DNA from: the human T2T-CHM13v2.0 reference genome, Homo sapiens | NCBI RefSeq assembly: GCF_009914755.1 | Contig: NC_060935.1 | DNA length: 64,000 bases | Reading direction: 5' to 3' (one strand) | In this document: positions 15,073 to 29,575 of the stretch, one piece after another | How the letters are laid out: every line of letters starts with the position of its first letter | Position numbering within the stretch: the stretch's first letter is position 1 | Position numbers and translations under genes: made by a program | Notes under the pieces: model-generated | Seen by the model: only the letters and a program-made list of their open reading frames with translations | Databases searched by the model: none | What the model was told of the DNA's origin: nothing

Positions 15073-16253
15073 AATGCTTCACACCAAGTTTTAGAAAGGA
15101 GAGATTATCATTGTTGGGGCATTTTCCTCCTTTTCTCCCCACTTGCCTAGGCCTGGTCCAGGCCAAGGCAATATAAACAGCTTTTTACACACAAACTAAT
15201 GTTGTTCCCATCTCTAAGAGAAAGTAATACAGAACTGTCAGAGCCAGGCTTTAAAAAGTCCTCTATCATTTCTCAAATCCTGATAGTAAGGTATGTTGTC
15301 CTTCTGAGTCTCCATAATTGCTGTATAAAAGTTATGAAATTTCTTATGCCCTCACCATTCCTTTTGATCCATTAGGTTGAACCCGGCCCAAATACATACG
15401 TTCAGTAGGTCAAGCATAGGCTAGCTTCAACACAGTGTATTCCTGTACAGTGGCATCTGCAAGCCAAATAGAACTGGTAGAGGGAAACAGATGGCTTCTA
15501 AAAGGGGAAGAGAAGAAAAACAGAAGGTCAGGTAGAAGAGGGTGTGGCGGGGGAAGGAGGGATAGAAAGAGGATAGGAGAAAGGAGAAGCATATTTCTGG
15601 TTTTGCTCTTCCCACCTGTCACAGCACTCTCCTTGCTGGTTGCCAGCATGCTCCCTTGCAAACACAGCTGCAAGTGACAAAGAGCAGCCGCTGTCCTACT
15701 CGGGGGGTCCCCTCCACGTTCCATATTGTAAACTATACTGAAATGCCAATTGCATACAAGAAAGGGAATTACACACCCATTAGAGTCACGAATAGCAAAC
15801 TGCTGTCTATATCCAACAAATTAGCACTGAGAACCATAGGTTCCTAAAAACAACGTAAGACTATCCAGCAAACAGTAAAAAGCAACAGAATCAAGAGATT
15901 AAGTACTAAAAAATGTGGCTTATTTTAATTTTGTATATTTGTCAGACCTGTGATTAACTCAATCAAAGTAGGACCATATTCTATCATATATTTCATGTAG
16001 TCACCACATGTTCAATTTGCTGTAGGGCTCTGCTCTTATGCAATTAAAAGAAAATTAGCAAGTCTTTCCCCAGCAGAGTTAGCGATTGCCACTAGGGATT
16101 GCCACTGAAAGGAAATGCTTCACGCCAAGTTTTAGAAAGAAGAGATACTAGCTGTTGGGACATTTGCCTCCTTTCTTCCCCCCTTAATTTGGCCTAGGCC
16201 AAAGCTACAGTAAAGGGAACATAAGCAGCTTTTTTACACACAGACTAATGTTG
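15073..16253 (+). repeat. Pair of diverged ~135-bp direct repeats (15073-15204 and 16114-16253)
   Basis: Shared blocks aatgcttcacRccaagttttagaaagRagagat, tgttgggRcatttKcctccttt and cagcttttt(t)acacacaRactaatgttg. Confidence 0.9.
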
Positions 16254-19200
16254 CCAGCAGCATTCCAGTGGCCTTGCTCACGGCAGGAGAAAGGCATAGG
16301 GACTAATACCACTGGGTCTTGTTGAAGAAAAGTGGCCGGCTTACTTTGATCAACTGAGTGGTGTGCTGATCAGTGTGATTTCCCTGTTCTGCTGACTGTG
16401 AGCATGTTGGGGAGAGCAGGAGAGCTGGCTTTTGAGAGGCCCATGCAGGGAGGCAAATTCCATAGCTGCCGAATCACAGAAAGCAACAAGAAATAAAAGA
16501 GGGCTGAACTGGAAGCAGACACCTTAATTCTGCCAGCATGTTACTTACTGATATAAGCATCTCTGGGAGGGGAATGAAGTAGGTACTTCTATAATTTTAA
16601 TTCATCAATTGCAGTACTATACATAAAACTATTAAGCACAATGTTCAAGAGCATAGTCCAAGATCCTGAAACTATAATTTACAATTTTTAATTACTTCAA
16701 TTTGATGGAGAAGAGAAAGAATGGGAATTAATACGATTTTTAAAAATTAAAATTGAGGAAACAGGAACACATCAGCCTATGTGGCTCTTGGCATTGTTCG
16801 AGACAAAGGAAGTATGTCCAGCAACTGAGTATGTGTGCAGGACTACAGCTATGGCATACACCCCTCTCTACTATTTGCCAGAGAGGCAGCTGCTGGATTA
16901 ACATGAGTTAATCTGCTTGTATGCTACACAGATTTTTTTCTAGTAAATTGCAAAAATTTACCTAAAGATAAATATAGCAGTCTCCGAGTTCTCTGTGCCA
17001 TTCAGCTGCTGCTGAGAAACACTTCTGTTATCTTAAATTTCATCAGCAGATTGTACTCCTTCCTGGGAAACAGCAGCAAAAAGTAGCTTTCTAAAAGCAT
17101 AGTTAGTCTCTCTGAGGTAAAATACACCACATTTAAATGGCTTCTTCCAAAAAGGATAACTTTCCACCTTTCAAGTTTTAATTCTTGATAAATAAAGTAT
17201 GTGGTTTCTTATACTAGATCTAATCATTGCTGCTTTAAAGAGTAAATAGTCAATTGCAAATTGAGCAAATTGCTTTGGCTATCCTAGTACCAGAAATGAA
17301 ATGGATTAGGTCAGCAGGTGGCATGTCATTTCAGTGCTGCCTGGGGGCCCAAAATACAGTTAGGTCATTTTTATTCTTGTGACAGCCGGAATGAAAACCA
17401 GAGCATTTAGCATTACCTCCCACCTCCATTCTCATACCATCTTGGGCACAAAAGAGTTTACTAGGCCTTCATTTCCAGTGTCCAGACTCCTTCTGGGGCC
17501 TCGAGAGATAAATGGGTTGAAATTGCCTAAGGAAACCTCAAACAGAGTACTCTAACTTTGGTCTTCAGAAACACAAAGCTTCTTGTCTACACAAGAAAAA
17601 CTGAGTTCTCATTAACCAGCTGTTTTTAAGCATGCCAATGTGCAATTCCATTCTGTAGTACTTTCCTTGAAGGAAGAGAATGGTCATCATGCCTCAACTC
17701 AAGGGGGTGAGGACACTGGTCTCTGCTACCACGAAGGAAGATATTAGAGGAAGACAAAGGATTGGATGAAGGAATGGACTTAAGCTAAGAAGCAGAAACA
17801 AAGGTGATGGGGGTGGGGAAACATGCAGAAGAAGAAAAGATAAACTGGGACAAAAATTCTTCTGTACAGAAACCAGGAGCCTCTTGCAATGGTTGGAACA
17901 GTTAAAATATCCAAAAATAGCTTTTCTATCAAGCCTTCTTTCCCCCATATGTGTTTCAAACTACTAGTAGAATTCCAAATATAAGGTAGCCTCCCAAAGT
18001 TTACTCCTATGAAAACAGTCAAAGGAATAGTCAATAGTCAAGGTTGAGATGATCCAGGAGTAGCATATGACCCAGGCCTAATGAGGGGACTCCAGTTCCC
18101 TGGCCACAAAAGGATGACTGATTCAAGAATGGACCTAAAACTTGTGCCCATGCTCTATGCTGGTACTTCCAGGAAAAAACAAACAAATAAAAAAAACTTT
18201 CCCTCTTCAATGGAGTTGATTAAATGGCAGGCTGTAAACCTAGAGCTGCCAGAGGCAACCTCTGCCAGTACAGGACAGCCTGTAAGCAAATGAAGCCAAA
18301 AGAGGGAGAAAGTGTCCTGAAGCTCCTAAATCCATCCATGCCTGAAAGCAGCTATATCCCTGAACTTACTACTTATATATACCAATAAATCTCTTTTCCT
18401 TCAACAACATTGAATTGAGTTTCTATCACTGGAAAGCAGAAGAGTCTTCACTCATATACCTACTGAATACCTCTGCACTAGCCATTCAACCTCACTGCCT
18501 ATCAGTTTTCTGAACTCTGAGAAGAAAAAAAAAAAACCATGTTTACTTTACAGAATTGAAAACTGCTAAGTACTACACAGGAGCTAACAATATTTTAACT
18601 AAAACAGAAGGTAGGGATAGAAGAAGAAAGATATTCATGAAGCTAAATTGCTCCTAGCTGCTAGTGCTGATAAGAAAACATTATATTTCTACCAGTTTTT
18701 CACCATGTGCCCTGGTGGAGCCTCTGAAATCTTTATCAAAGCAGTTAATCACCTAGTAAGTCTTTAAATATTTTCCCTTTTACTTCCAGTTAACAAGCCT
18801 TTTCCACCTTCTTGGACATCTCTGACCAAGCCATCTTACCAGGCTTACCATGATGAATAAGCAAAGGCATCACAGAAAGGGAAAATTAACAGTTCCATCT
18901 TCAAGGGGCATGTGTGTGTGTGAGTGCCCATGCAGATACACATGTGCTACAAGATGAAGTAGAAGAATAATTCTCACATGAAGGCAAATCAGGGATGAAA
19001 AGAAGCTACCTCTACACAACAAGGTGAAAATCTAAGGGCCTCGAGTAATGTGCCCCCTCCCAAAGCATTATTATTCTAAGGGCAGAACTGAACTATTAGG
19101 ATTACATTTTCAATTCAAAATTTGTAATTAAATGTAATGTGTATTTTAGAAGTTGATTTAGTGTCCTGATAAATGTTTGGTTTCACAGAACACTAGATCA

Positions 19201-20454
19201 CATCTCTCATGGATAGCAGAATAAAACACTTTTTATAATATATGTAACTGATTTACAAAATATCAATATGAAAGAATTATTAGTGAAACAAATACCTAAA
19301 AGTAAAGGGTACTAACTTCTAGTCCTCTTTTGATATAAGTGTATAAATAAAAGCAAGAAATGCACAACTAATATTTTGCAAGAGCTAGGAAGAAAAATCA
19401 TAAATGTGCTATACTTTCAACCTCCAAAGTTGCTGGGCCTAAATATTAAGTATAAATGAAATCATTCTTAAGAGGATATTTTATTTTAAGATGTTATCAA
19501 CATCTTTGACATCAATTAGTTTTTCTTCATTATATATATAATTATATGTATACCATGACTGGTAAAAAGAACCCCATGGCTCAGCATGGGGTTCTAACCT
19601 TAATCAGTGTTTCATACAGGCTGAACATTAATTTTTGTTTGTTTCTCATCTTATTCAATAACTCATACAAAATATTCCAGATAGATGAGTTTCAATCCTC
19701 ATCTTCCTCCCGTTCTTCTTCCTGGTTAATTTGGCAGTAACATAATTTGTAACTCCCTTTGCTGTTAGCAACTATGTGCAATCAATCACATAAATTATTC
19801 TTCTTCAAGTATTTTTTTGTGACATATTTCAAAAACCTTTTGGAAAAAGGCACCTCAAAAGTTACTATGACCTTGCTCTGCTGCATGTGATGATTACAAC
19901 CCCTCCAATGAGATTCCAGGCTTTTCCATTCACTTTCTCTTGGAGAACCTGCTAAAAATTGGCAGCATCCACGATTCCATTTGGACCTTTCTTCTTTTGC
20001 CCCCACTTCGCCACAAGCTTTTTCACAAGCAACGTCGTGGCAGTGGAGGAAGAAAGTTGAACATTAATATTTTAAGCAAATAAAATATGTGATGCTTTTC
20101 TTGAGGCTTCTCACCCACCAAAATGTTTCTGAAAACTAAAATACACTAGTAAAAGTTGTATTCCTCTAACTATAGTCAGAGAAGAATTTCAACCAACTCA
20201 TTTAAAAAAATTTTTTTCTAAAAGGAAAAGCTGAAAGTCAGAGTATTAATATGATAGTAACCCTTGAAAATTATATCACATAAAGTTTCTTCTCTAGCAA
20301 GATTCAAACAAATCATTAACTCTGACAAACTAACAACATACAGATTTGTCCCCAGATGATTCAGGAATAAAAATGCTATGTCAAATTGGCTTGGGGTTAT
20401 CCAATTTAGTTTGGGCAATATCAAACAACTTTAAAATCCACTTACCTACTCCTA

Positions 20455-20586
20455 CACATCTTTTTATGCCTGGGCGCCATTCTCGAAGATTCTGATTCAA
20501 CTGGTCTAAGGTGCAGCCCTGTATGCAGGATTTTTCAAAAGCTTTTCATTTTATTAGGGTACCAGCTAGGGCTGAGAACCAGCAGT
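20455..20586. mobile_element. MER5-type hAT MITE fragment
   Basis: agattctgattcaactggtctaaggtgcagccc...gggctgagaaccagcag. Confidence 0.6.
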
Positions 20587-23500
20587 TTACACGTAGATGT
20601 GGCACTGGCCTTCAAATCAAAGACTAGATCTTATTACTCTACAACTGTTGAGAAAAATCATTACTATTCAAATCACTATACTCTCACTAATATGCCACTA
20701 GAAGGTAAGTTCCTTAAGAAGAGAAGCTTTTTCAGCCTTGTTCATCACTGAGGCTGAGTGGAATGCCTCCAAATAATAGATACTCCATAAATATTTGTGA
20801 CTGAATGAATTAAATGTTGAAAGATTACCTTTTCAGCTCTACACCTTGAAGCAATACAGTAGAAGCTCTTTTAACCAGTAACGACTAGGACCAGCAGTTG
20901 ATCAGATAAGGAAAAAAAGTCATACAAAGCAGGAAATCATTTGATAAGCATACCTAAGCATTTTATTTTAGTTTAAATGAACCTTCATTTGCTAATCTTG
21001 TAATACAGGACCAGGCTTTCTGTTTATATGGATCTACAGGTTAGAGCGCCAAAACGTCTTTCTTTCATAAACCATAATTATAATGCATCCTCTACCATTT
21101 CCATTTTGGACTTTTAAATTATGGCGAGAACTTAAGATACTTTGAAGCAATCTGAATGTAGAATCCTTCTGGACATTAATAATTTATCCCATTCTGTTAT
21201 AGATCTCTTACCCAAATATAACTAAGCAGCAAATTTTTAGTAATTTTTTTTATCATTTCCAAAGCATTAAATTATGGATTTCATGAAAACAACTTGGTTT
21301 TTTAAAACTCATTGGTTTAATAATAGTTAATTAAATTACAGTAACAAGAACAAATGGCAGAAACAAGTTTGGAAACAAACACAACTCACTCTTGATAACT
21401 GTTCTACAACTGATGGGAAAAGTGTAGAGTACACAGTAACCCACCAGAACTGGCATTCAGAATGAGGAGTGACAATTAAACCAGTGAGTCAGTTGAGACT
21501 TTGCTCTCCACAGAGCTTTTACTGTTACACAAATGCTAGCCACAGGTTTCTTTCCATTGACCTTTCCAATTCCCTAGAGCAGTCAATTCATCCCTTTACT
21601 AGTAGGTCATCTGAACTGAGATCCAACAAAATTACCAAGTCTATACATTACATCATCAAAGGAATGTCAGGCACAGAGGCAGCAGGAGTCATGGAATCTC
21701 TTTATATAAACGCCCCAACAATTTACATCCAGACTCCCTGATTTACCTTTAAGGCATTTATAAGTTACATAGCAGGGGATTCATTGAAAATATAATACGA
21801 TCTAAGCCTAAAATCAGAATTTTTAAACGCTCAACATATTATTTTACTTGGAGTTAAAAGGATATGGCAAATTGAATAGTTTTGTTTTGCTAATTCAGAA
21901 TCAGTTCCCATTTGGCAGGTGTCTCAAATGAGGACACTGGTGACAAAGAACTGCTGCCACCAGGAGGTTCCTTAATGTACCTTTTATTGAAAGTCTTGAA
22001 ATTTAAAATATTTTTGCTTCTTTATAGCTCAAGCAATACTTTCTCAATGACAAGTTTTCCATGTAACCTGTTTTTTTTAAATAAAGTTATTGCTTCTCTG
22101 TTTCCTATCTTAAAGTAACAAAATACCCTTTATGTAATTTAATGCCTCCGGTTTTGAATTTCATCTTATAAGGAGAAAACAGAACTATTTAAATTTTTTT
22201 AAGTTAGATAGCAATTTAGCAATTTTGTTTTCATTAAGTCTTTCTCAAGAGAGTCAATAATTCCAATCTTACCCCATGGGACACCTGGCAGGGGATTCAG
22301 AGAGTAAAACAGACTTTACATTTTCACTGGCTTGGGCTGTGTGGGTCAGTTTCTATGACAAAGATAACTCCAATTATGTCTGGGTTAAATATGGAGGTGA
22401 TGACAAAAGGAAAACTTTTACTTTAAGAACCTGTAAATCCTGATAGTTCTCAAATTAGTATGAGCTAATATCACAGTGAAGATTTTAAAACAAGAAATTG
22501 GGCTTTTAAAAAATAGGTCCTTGTAAACGTCTTTCTAAAAGGGGGAGAATGGAGACAGGAGAAATTAACAGCTTCTGTTAATATCAAGAAATCTAAACTC
22601 GTTCAAGATAGACAATGTCATTTTTATTACCCATGAAACACTGTTTCACCTGTACGTTTACTTCACCAATAATGGCTCTCCCAATCAATGAATCAGGATT
22701 TAGCGGCAGAAATACAATGTAGATTTATTTCACATTTGCTGCTGCTTAAAAGACCCTTAGAGAGGGAAACTTTAAGATTAGCTATAGAATCCTTGTGCTT
22801 CCTGAAAACCCTGACACTTTTAGTCAACAATCCTCATGCTGTCCTCCTCCCCCAGGACTCAGTTCCATAAAACAATTACATTATTTACAAGCACAAACAG
22901 TGGGCTGAGGTACTTTTTGCTTATCTATTTTTAAAACTAATCAAGTACCTCAGCTTAAAGATAACTGATTTTATTTGCTTTAAATATAGTAAAAAAAAAA
23001 GTCAAGATGGTTATAGTAAGTGCCGAAAAAATTAAAATGTTAGCACACAAAAAATATTATTGACATTAATCTGTTTTGGTTTATATAAAAACTACAATTG
23101 AGAAGTTTTTTTCCCCAAGTTCATTTTGTGCCTAAGGAAACTAAGAGCAGAACAGTTTTTACTGGGTCATGTCCAGTGGGCTAGTAATGCTTAAGACTTG
23201 TTTATTTTCCATCTTGGAACTACATAAGCAGTTGCCCTATCAATGTACACTCAACTCAGCTATAATCTTTGCATGTCTATAAGTTTTATGGGAGAGAGTT
23301 TCCCATCAGCCTTCCTCAGCCAGGATTCCTCATTTAAACCAAAAAACACAAATATTTCAGTGACTATTTTCTCAATTATCAATCTAGATGCACAGGAGTG
23401 TTAATTCAATACATATAACAGATGCCCAGAGCATTAGGGCTTAATTTTCCCAATGAACCCAGGCTGGTTTAGAAACTACAAAACAGAATGAAATGTCTTG

Positions 23501-25356
23501 ACTTATAAAGGGAAAAACTGTACTTTCTGTTCTCCATGTTTTGCTTTTCAAATAGAGGAAAAAAGAAAGAGAGTTGGTATCTCTTTTAAAATGTCATCTA
23601 TAATATGACTCAAGCTGAAATAAGTAAAATCACCTAAAACCCTAACTCCAGCAACAAGAGGTCTCACAAGTGCAAAAGGTACTAGGCTGTTCTAGAACTT
23701 ACCCTAGCTCACTTGAAGGAGGACCTATGAAACTGAGATCGGGTCTCATGAGAAGGCACTCCACACTAACCTTGGCATAAATGCATCATAAATTTTCTAG
23801 ATGAGAGCCGACTCAGAGGTGCCAAGTGTAAAAATATGGTGCTTAAGGGAATTTTCCTCTAAAACTCCACTCTCACACACACTATTTTCAACTTTGTCAC
23901 TGGGTGACTTAACTACCAACCTGACAGGCACAAATCAAGAAAAAAAGTCTAATTTGTTTCTGGTGGAAATTCAAAACATACCTGTTTTCCTACTTTGCAA
24001 ACGTTTTTCCGTCAGTTAAGTTTCCAACCTGGAGAACTCTAGTCCCCTAACATCTCAACTTTTAACAAAGCCTTGTTAAATGTGAAGGATCTCACTTAAA
24101 CCTGCAGAAAACAGAAACTAGAAAGTCATAGCCTGAACACCTCCCTACATTCTACTGCTGCCTTACCATGGGGGTAAGAGAAGGAGAAAGGTTAAACTGC
24201 TAATATTCTTAGATGTCAAGTATTATAACCTCACAACTTCCAATCATTTACTTAGAAAAAAATGAATGGTGTCCAACAGAGGAAACATTATAGATGTTTC
24301 CTTTTTACACTAGGCTTAACTGTGTCACATTGTTGGTAAAACGAAATCTGATTAAGACTTTGAAAGGATATTTTGAAGGGCAGTTCAAAGGAAACTCACC
24401 TTCTAACAGCTGACTAAAAAGGGCAGGCAGGAACTTAGTCTTGTAGGACTGATATATTCTCAGCATCTAGAAAGGTACCTGACACATAGGAAGTGCCTGA
24501 TAATTATTTGCCAAATGAATTGAGGTTTAAAACTTTTCATTAGATTCAAGGTAAAAATTCCATCTAGCATGTTAAATAATTCTCCTTTAATAAAATGACT
24601 GACCCTAAACATGGACAGTCTTTCTAGAGAGCAATTAGGTAACATAAAAGGCTTCAGAAACTTGTTAGGCTATCTGCCTACCTCAGAACTCTTTTCTCTG
24701 ACAGGGGCTCTCTGATCTAGCCATGTCTGTACTAGTAATATGGTCCCCTGGCTCAAAGCAGGCTTATTACATTCTCTTTACAAAATCTGGAACAAGAACA
24801 AGCCAGTGGGTCTGGGACAGTATCTAGAATGGAGAAGATACAAACATGGGAACTTCGCAGGGACCAGAGCCTTTTGCCTGCTACGAGTACAGAAGAAGCT
24901 GAGAAAGTCAATCTCTAGACAGCAGAAATGAAGCAGAAGCAAAGAAAGATGAAGAGACACAAGAGACAGAGACTCCAGTTCCAGCCCCTAAAACTGCCCC
25001 AGGGTCACCCAAGATGCCCTAATACAGTTCCAATAATTCCTCTTCATGATTAAGCTAGTTGGAGTTAGATTCTACTATACATACCAAAGAAAGTTATGAA
25101 GAAGCATCTATTTATGTATTCCTTATCTGATTTTTTTTACTTCTAGGAAATAATCAAAATTACGTACAAATATTTACGTCCAAGGATGTACACTGCAGAG
25201 CTAGGCATACAACAGTAAAAAACTGGGAATAATTTAAACGTCTAAAAATAGTGAATTGATTAAATAAACCCTGTATGATATAATACCCTACCCAAATGAT
25301 AGGATACTATCAAGCCACTAAAAACTATTATTCCTGAAGAATAATTAAGAATGTAA

Positions 25357-26041
<685 letters not shown>

Positions 26042-26182
26042 CATTTTATTTTTTAATATAAATTTATGGAACAGAAAAAAAGACTTAAAGGATCTAAAAC
26101 ATGGAAGTAGGATCACAGCTAAATTTGATTTCTCTCTTTGCTGAATTTGCCAAATAAACATGCATGACTTTTTCAAAACATG

Positions 26183-26293
26183 GATGGGGTCTTGCTACGT
26201 TGGCCTGGCTGGTCTCAAACTCCTGGCCTCAAGCAATCCTCCCATCTCAGCCTACCAAAATGCTGAGATTACAGGCATAAGCCACTACACCCC
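26183..26293 (-). mobile_element. FLAM/Alu monomer
   Basis: gatggggtcttgc...ctcctggcctcaagcaatcctccc...gattacaggcataagccac. Confidence 0.85.
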
Positions 26294-26537
26294 AACCATG
26301 AATTACTTTTATAAACTTTTGAAAAACAAATGTTTAAAGAAATGATGGACTTCAACTCCTAATGCCAATATTCTAGTCTCCTCCTACAGCTCTAAGAAAG
26401 AAAAAAAGGCAAGAAACAAGTTGTAATCTTAGCACATACTCATATAAAATTATGTTATATTATATAAAATAATATTTTTTACTTAAGAATTCATTGATAT
26501 TAAAAGAGACTATTTCTAAGTAAATTCTAACCACTCA

Positions 26538-27418
26538 TTGTGGTTCTGATGTGCATTTCTCTAAAGATCAGTGATGTTGAGCTTTTTTGCATATGATTGT
26601 TGGCCACATGTGTGTCTTCTTTTGAAAAGTGTCTGTTCGTGTCCTTTGCCCACTTTGTAATGGGACTGTTTTTTTCTTGTAAATTTGTTTAAGTTCCATA
26701 TAGATGCTGGATATTAGACCTTTGTCAGATGCACAGTTTGCAAACATTTTCTCCCATTCTGTAGGCTGTCTGTTTACTCTGTTGATAGTTTCATTTGCTG
26801 TGCAGAAGCTCTTTAGTTTATTTGGATCCCATTTGTCAATTTTTGCTCAATTGCTTTTGCACCTTCATCGTGAAATCTGTGCCCATGCTTATGTCCTGAA
26901 TGGTATTGCTGAGGTTATCTACCAGGGTTTTTATAGTTTTGGGTTTTACATTTAAGTCTAATCCAACTAGAGTTCATTTTTGTATATGGTGTAAGGAAGG
27001 GCTACAGTTTTAATTTTCTGCATATGGCTAGCCAGTTATCTCAGCACCACTTATTGAATAGGGAATCCCTTCCCCATTGCTTGTTTTCGTCAGGTTTGTC
27101 AAAGATCAGGTAGCTGTAGGTGTGTGGTCTTATTTCTGGGTTCTGTATTCTGTTCTATTAGTCTATGCTGTTTTTGTACCAGTACCATGCTGTTTTGGTC
27201 ACTGTGACCCTGTAGTATAGTTTGAAGTCGGTTAGCATGATGCCTCCACCAGCTTTGTTCTTTTTGCTTAGAATTGCCTTGGCTATTCAGGCTCTGTTTT
27301 GATCCCATATGAATCTTAAAATAGTTTTCTCTAGTTCTGTGAAGAACCTCAATGGTCGTTTAATAGGAATAGCATTGAATCTGTAAATTGCTTTGGACGT
27401 TATTGCCATTTTAATGAT
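26538..27418 (-). mobile_element. Primate L1 (L1P) ORF2 C-terminal fragment, degenerate
   Basis: Minus-strand ORF pieces such as [30 protein letters not shown] match L1 ORF2p; frameshifted. Confidence 0.93.
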
Positions 27419-28681
27419 TAAACCCATATTTAAGGCTTGTATTATTATATAAATAACATTAATTAATTGGTGAGACAACTATACTTCTTGTACAACATTT
27501 TGCTATTCCTGGAACTTAAAATTGACTTGCTTTGTCATTTGCTTGGTTTTCTATATTCCTACAATTAATTCTTTCCCATACTTTCCAAAGAAACTATACA
27601 ATGTCTCTCAATAATGGCTCAAAACACATTGTATGATATATTGGTCCACTTTCTTAGCTTTGTTTCTCCTAAGTCCTCCATCCTCCTGTCCAACCTAAAC
27701 TGGCTGTTTTCTAAACCTGTTGTACATCAATTATCTAAGTTTTTCCCTTCATCAAATGGGATTTTCTTTGATACTGAATTCCCTGTTTTCGGAACCAATG
27801 CCTTCATCTTTATTGGTTCACTTTCTCGTTTGATGGAGAACCTCCTCCAATAGCTTCCTCAAAAAAGATGTATGGGAGGTAAGTTTTGTGACCTTGCATG
27901 TCTTAAAATGTCTCTATTCTATCCCCGGACTTGATCAAGAGATGGGTTGGGTATAGAATTCTATACTGGAAATCACTGCTTTTCAGAATTTGTAAAGCAT
28001 CATTCCAATGACTGCTAGCTTTCTTTGTTGCTGCTGAGAAGTCTGATGACATCTGATTCCCAATCCCTGTTTGCAACTGTTTTTTGTTTTGTTTTTTTTT
28101 TTCCTCTAAGGAAGCTTTTAGGATCTTTTATTCTTGTTTTGCTAAAGTTTCACCACGTTGTGCCTTGGTATGAGGGTGTGGGGTTTTTTTCATTCACAGT
28201 TTTAGGCACTCAGTGGATTCTATTAATCTGGAATTATATGCCCTTCGGTTGTGGGACATTTCCTTATATTAGTTATTGGCTGGTTTTCTCTTCTCCATTT
28301 TCTCTGTTCCCTTGTCTCAGAACTTTTATTAGCCAGGCATGAGACTTTCTGGGTGACCCTCTTAAAATTTTTCTCTATTCTACTGTCTATCCCCCTTTGT
28401 CTCTTCCATCTATTTATTGAGAAACAACTCCAATTTTGTTTTCCAACCTTTTTTTTTAAATCAAGAATTGTTTCTGTTTTCTAATTGTTCCTTTATTTCT
28501 AGCATCCTCTCCTTGTTTCACTAATGCAATATCTTCTTTTACGGATCTAGGGATCTAAATTTATAGTTATTTTGAATGGTCCCTTCCAATTCTCTTGGCC
28601 TGTTCTGACTTGCACATTAGCAGCTTCCCTTAAATATCTAGTGATTCTTGGCTATGTTCATATTTAAGATTGAAGCGCTAA

Positions 28682-29095
28682 GAATGTGGAGCAGCTAGAA
28701 CTCTCATACACTACTGAAAGGAATGTAAAATAGTACAATCACTTTGGAAAACATTTTGGCAGTTTCTTAAAAAGTTAAAAACACACCTACTATACAACCC
28801 AGACATACTAAGGCATTTACTGAAGAGAAATGAAAGCAGATCTCCACACAAAGACTTGGACATGAATGTTCAAATTAATGTTATTTGTAACAGCTAAAAA
28901 CTGGGTTACAAAAAGCAGACCAGTGTTTGCCTGGGGACTGGATTGACAGAAGGATGAGCGAGACGACCAAGAACACTTCAGAGGTGATGCATATGCTCAT
29001 CTTGATCGTGATGACGGTTTCACACCATCAAAAATTACTCTTTCAAGGTGTATCATTTATTTTACATTAATTATGACTCAATAAACCTATAAGAG
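28682..29095 (+). mobile_element. Old L1M 3' fragment
   Basis: gaatgtggagcagctagaactctcatacact...gtaaaatagtacaatcactttggaaaac...ccacacaaagacttg. Confidence 0.8.
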
Positions 29096-29356
29096 AGAAG
29101 TGGGGAGAGGAATAGAGACGAAGAGAATAAAAAATAAAAGTGGCTAAAAAAATGAGGTGTTCAAAATGAATTGAATTCGCCGGGGGGGCTGGCATGTTTA
29201 TAAGAGAAGGAGCTCTTACTATTCTGTATACACCATATACCCTGTTTTCAGTGTACATACAGTCTATATACAGTGTAGCACTCACTCCTGCCCAAGGCTG
29301 TTACATGATGCCTAGTATCTCTGAGTTGAGTGCCTCTCTGGTTAAATTTCTCTAGA

Positions 29357-29575
29357 GTAAGATTGGCAAACTTTCTAAAAATAACCAGATAGTAACTACT
29401 GTAAGGCCATACTGTCTTTGTCACGACTACTTAACTCTGTCATTGTGGCACAAAAGCAGTCAGTCATAGAGAATATGTAAATGTAAAGAGTGTGATTGTG
29501 TTCTAATAATTTTACAAAAACAGGTGGCAGGACAGATTTTGCCCAGGTTCAAGCCATAGTTTTACCAATCCCTGC
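29357..29575 (+). mobile_element. MER58A-like hAT MITE
   Basis: ttggcaaactttct...ccagatagtaa...actacttaactctg...acaaaaacaggtggcagg...catagtttt...ccctg. Confidence 0.75.

Noticed and set aside
15073-16253. Possibility that the duplicated 135-bp unit is a pair of intronic snoRNAs
   Set aside because: I could not find convincing C/D boxes or an H/ACA two-hairpin layout on the host-gene strand; an Rfam/snoReport search would settle it.
23696-23740. Possible 22-nt exon with a GTAAGT donor and an in-frame TAG
   Set aside because: Poor pyrimidine tract and a competing upstream AG; expected by chance.
27041-27062. TCAGCACCAC resembling a REST/RE1 half-site (autoregulation idea)
   Set aside because: The GGACAG right half is missing and the match is ordinary L1 sequence.
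26704-27478. ORFs similar to reverse-transcriptase-element protein
   Set aside because: Frameshifted fragment of a dead L1 ORF2, not a functional gene.
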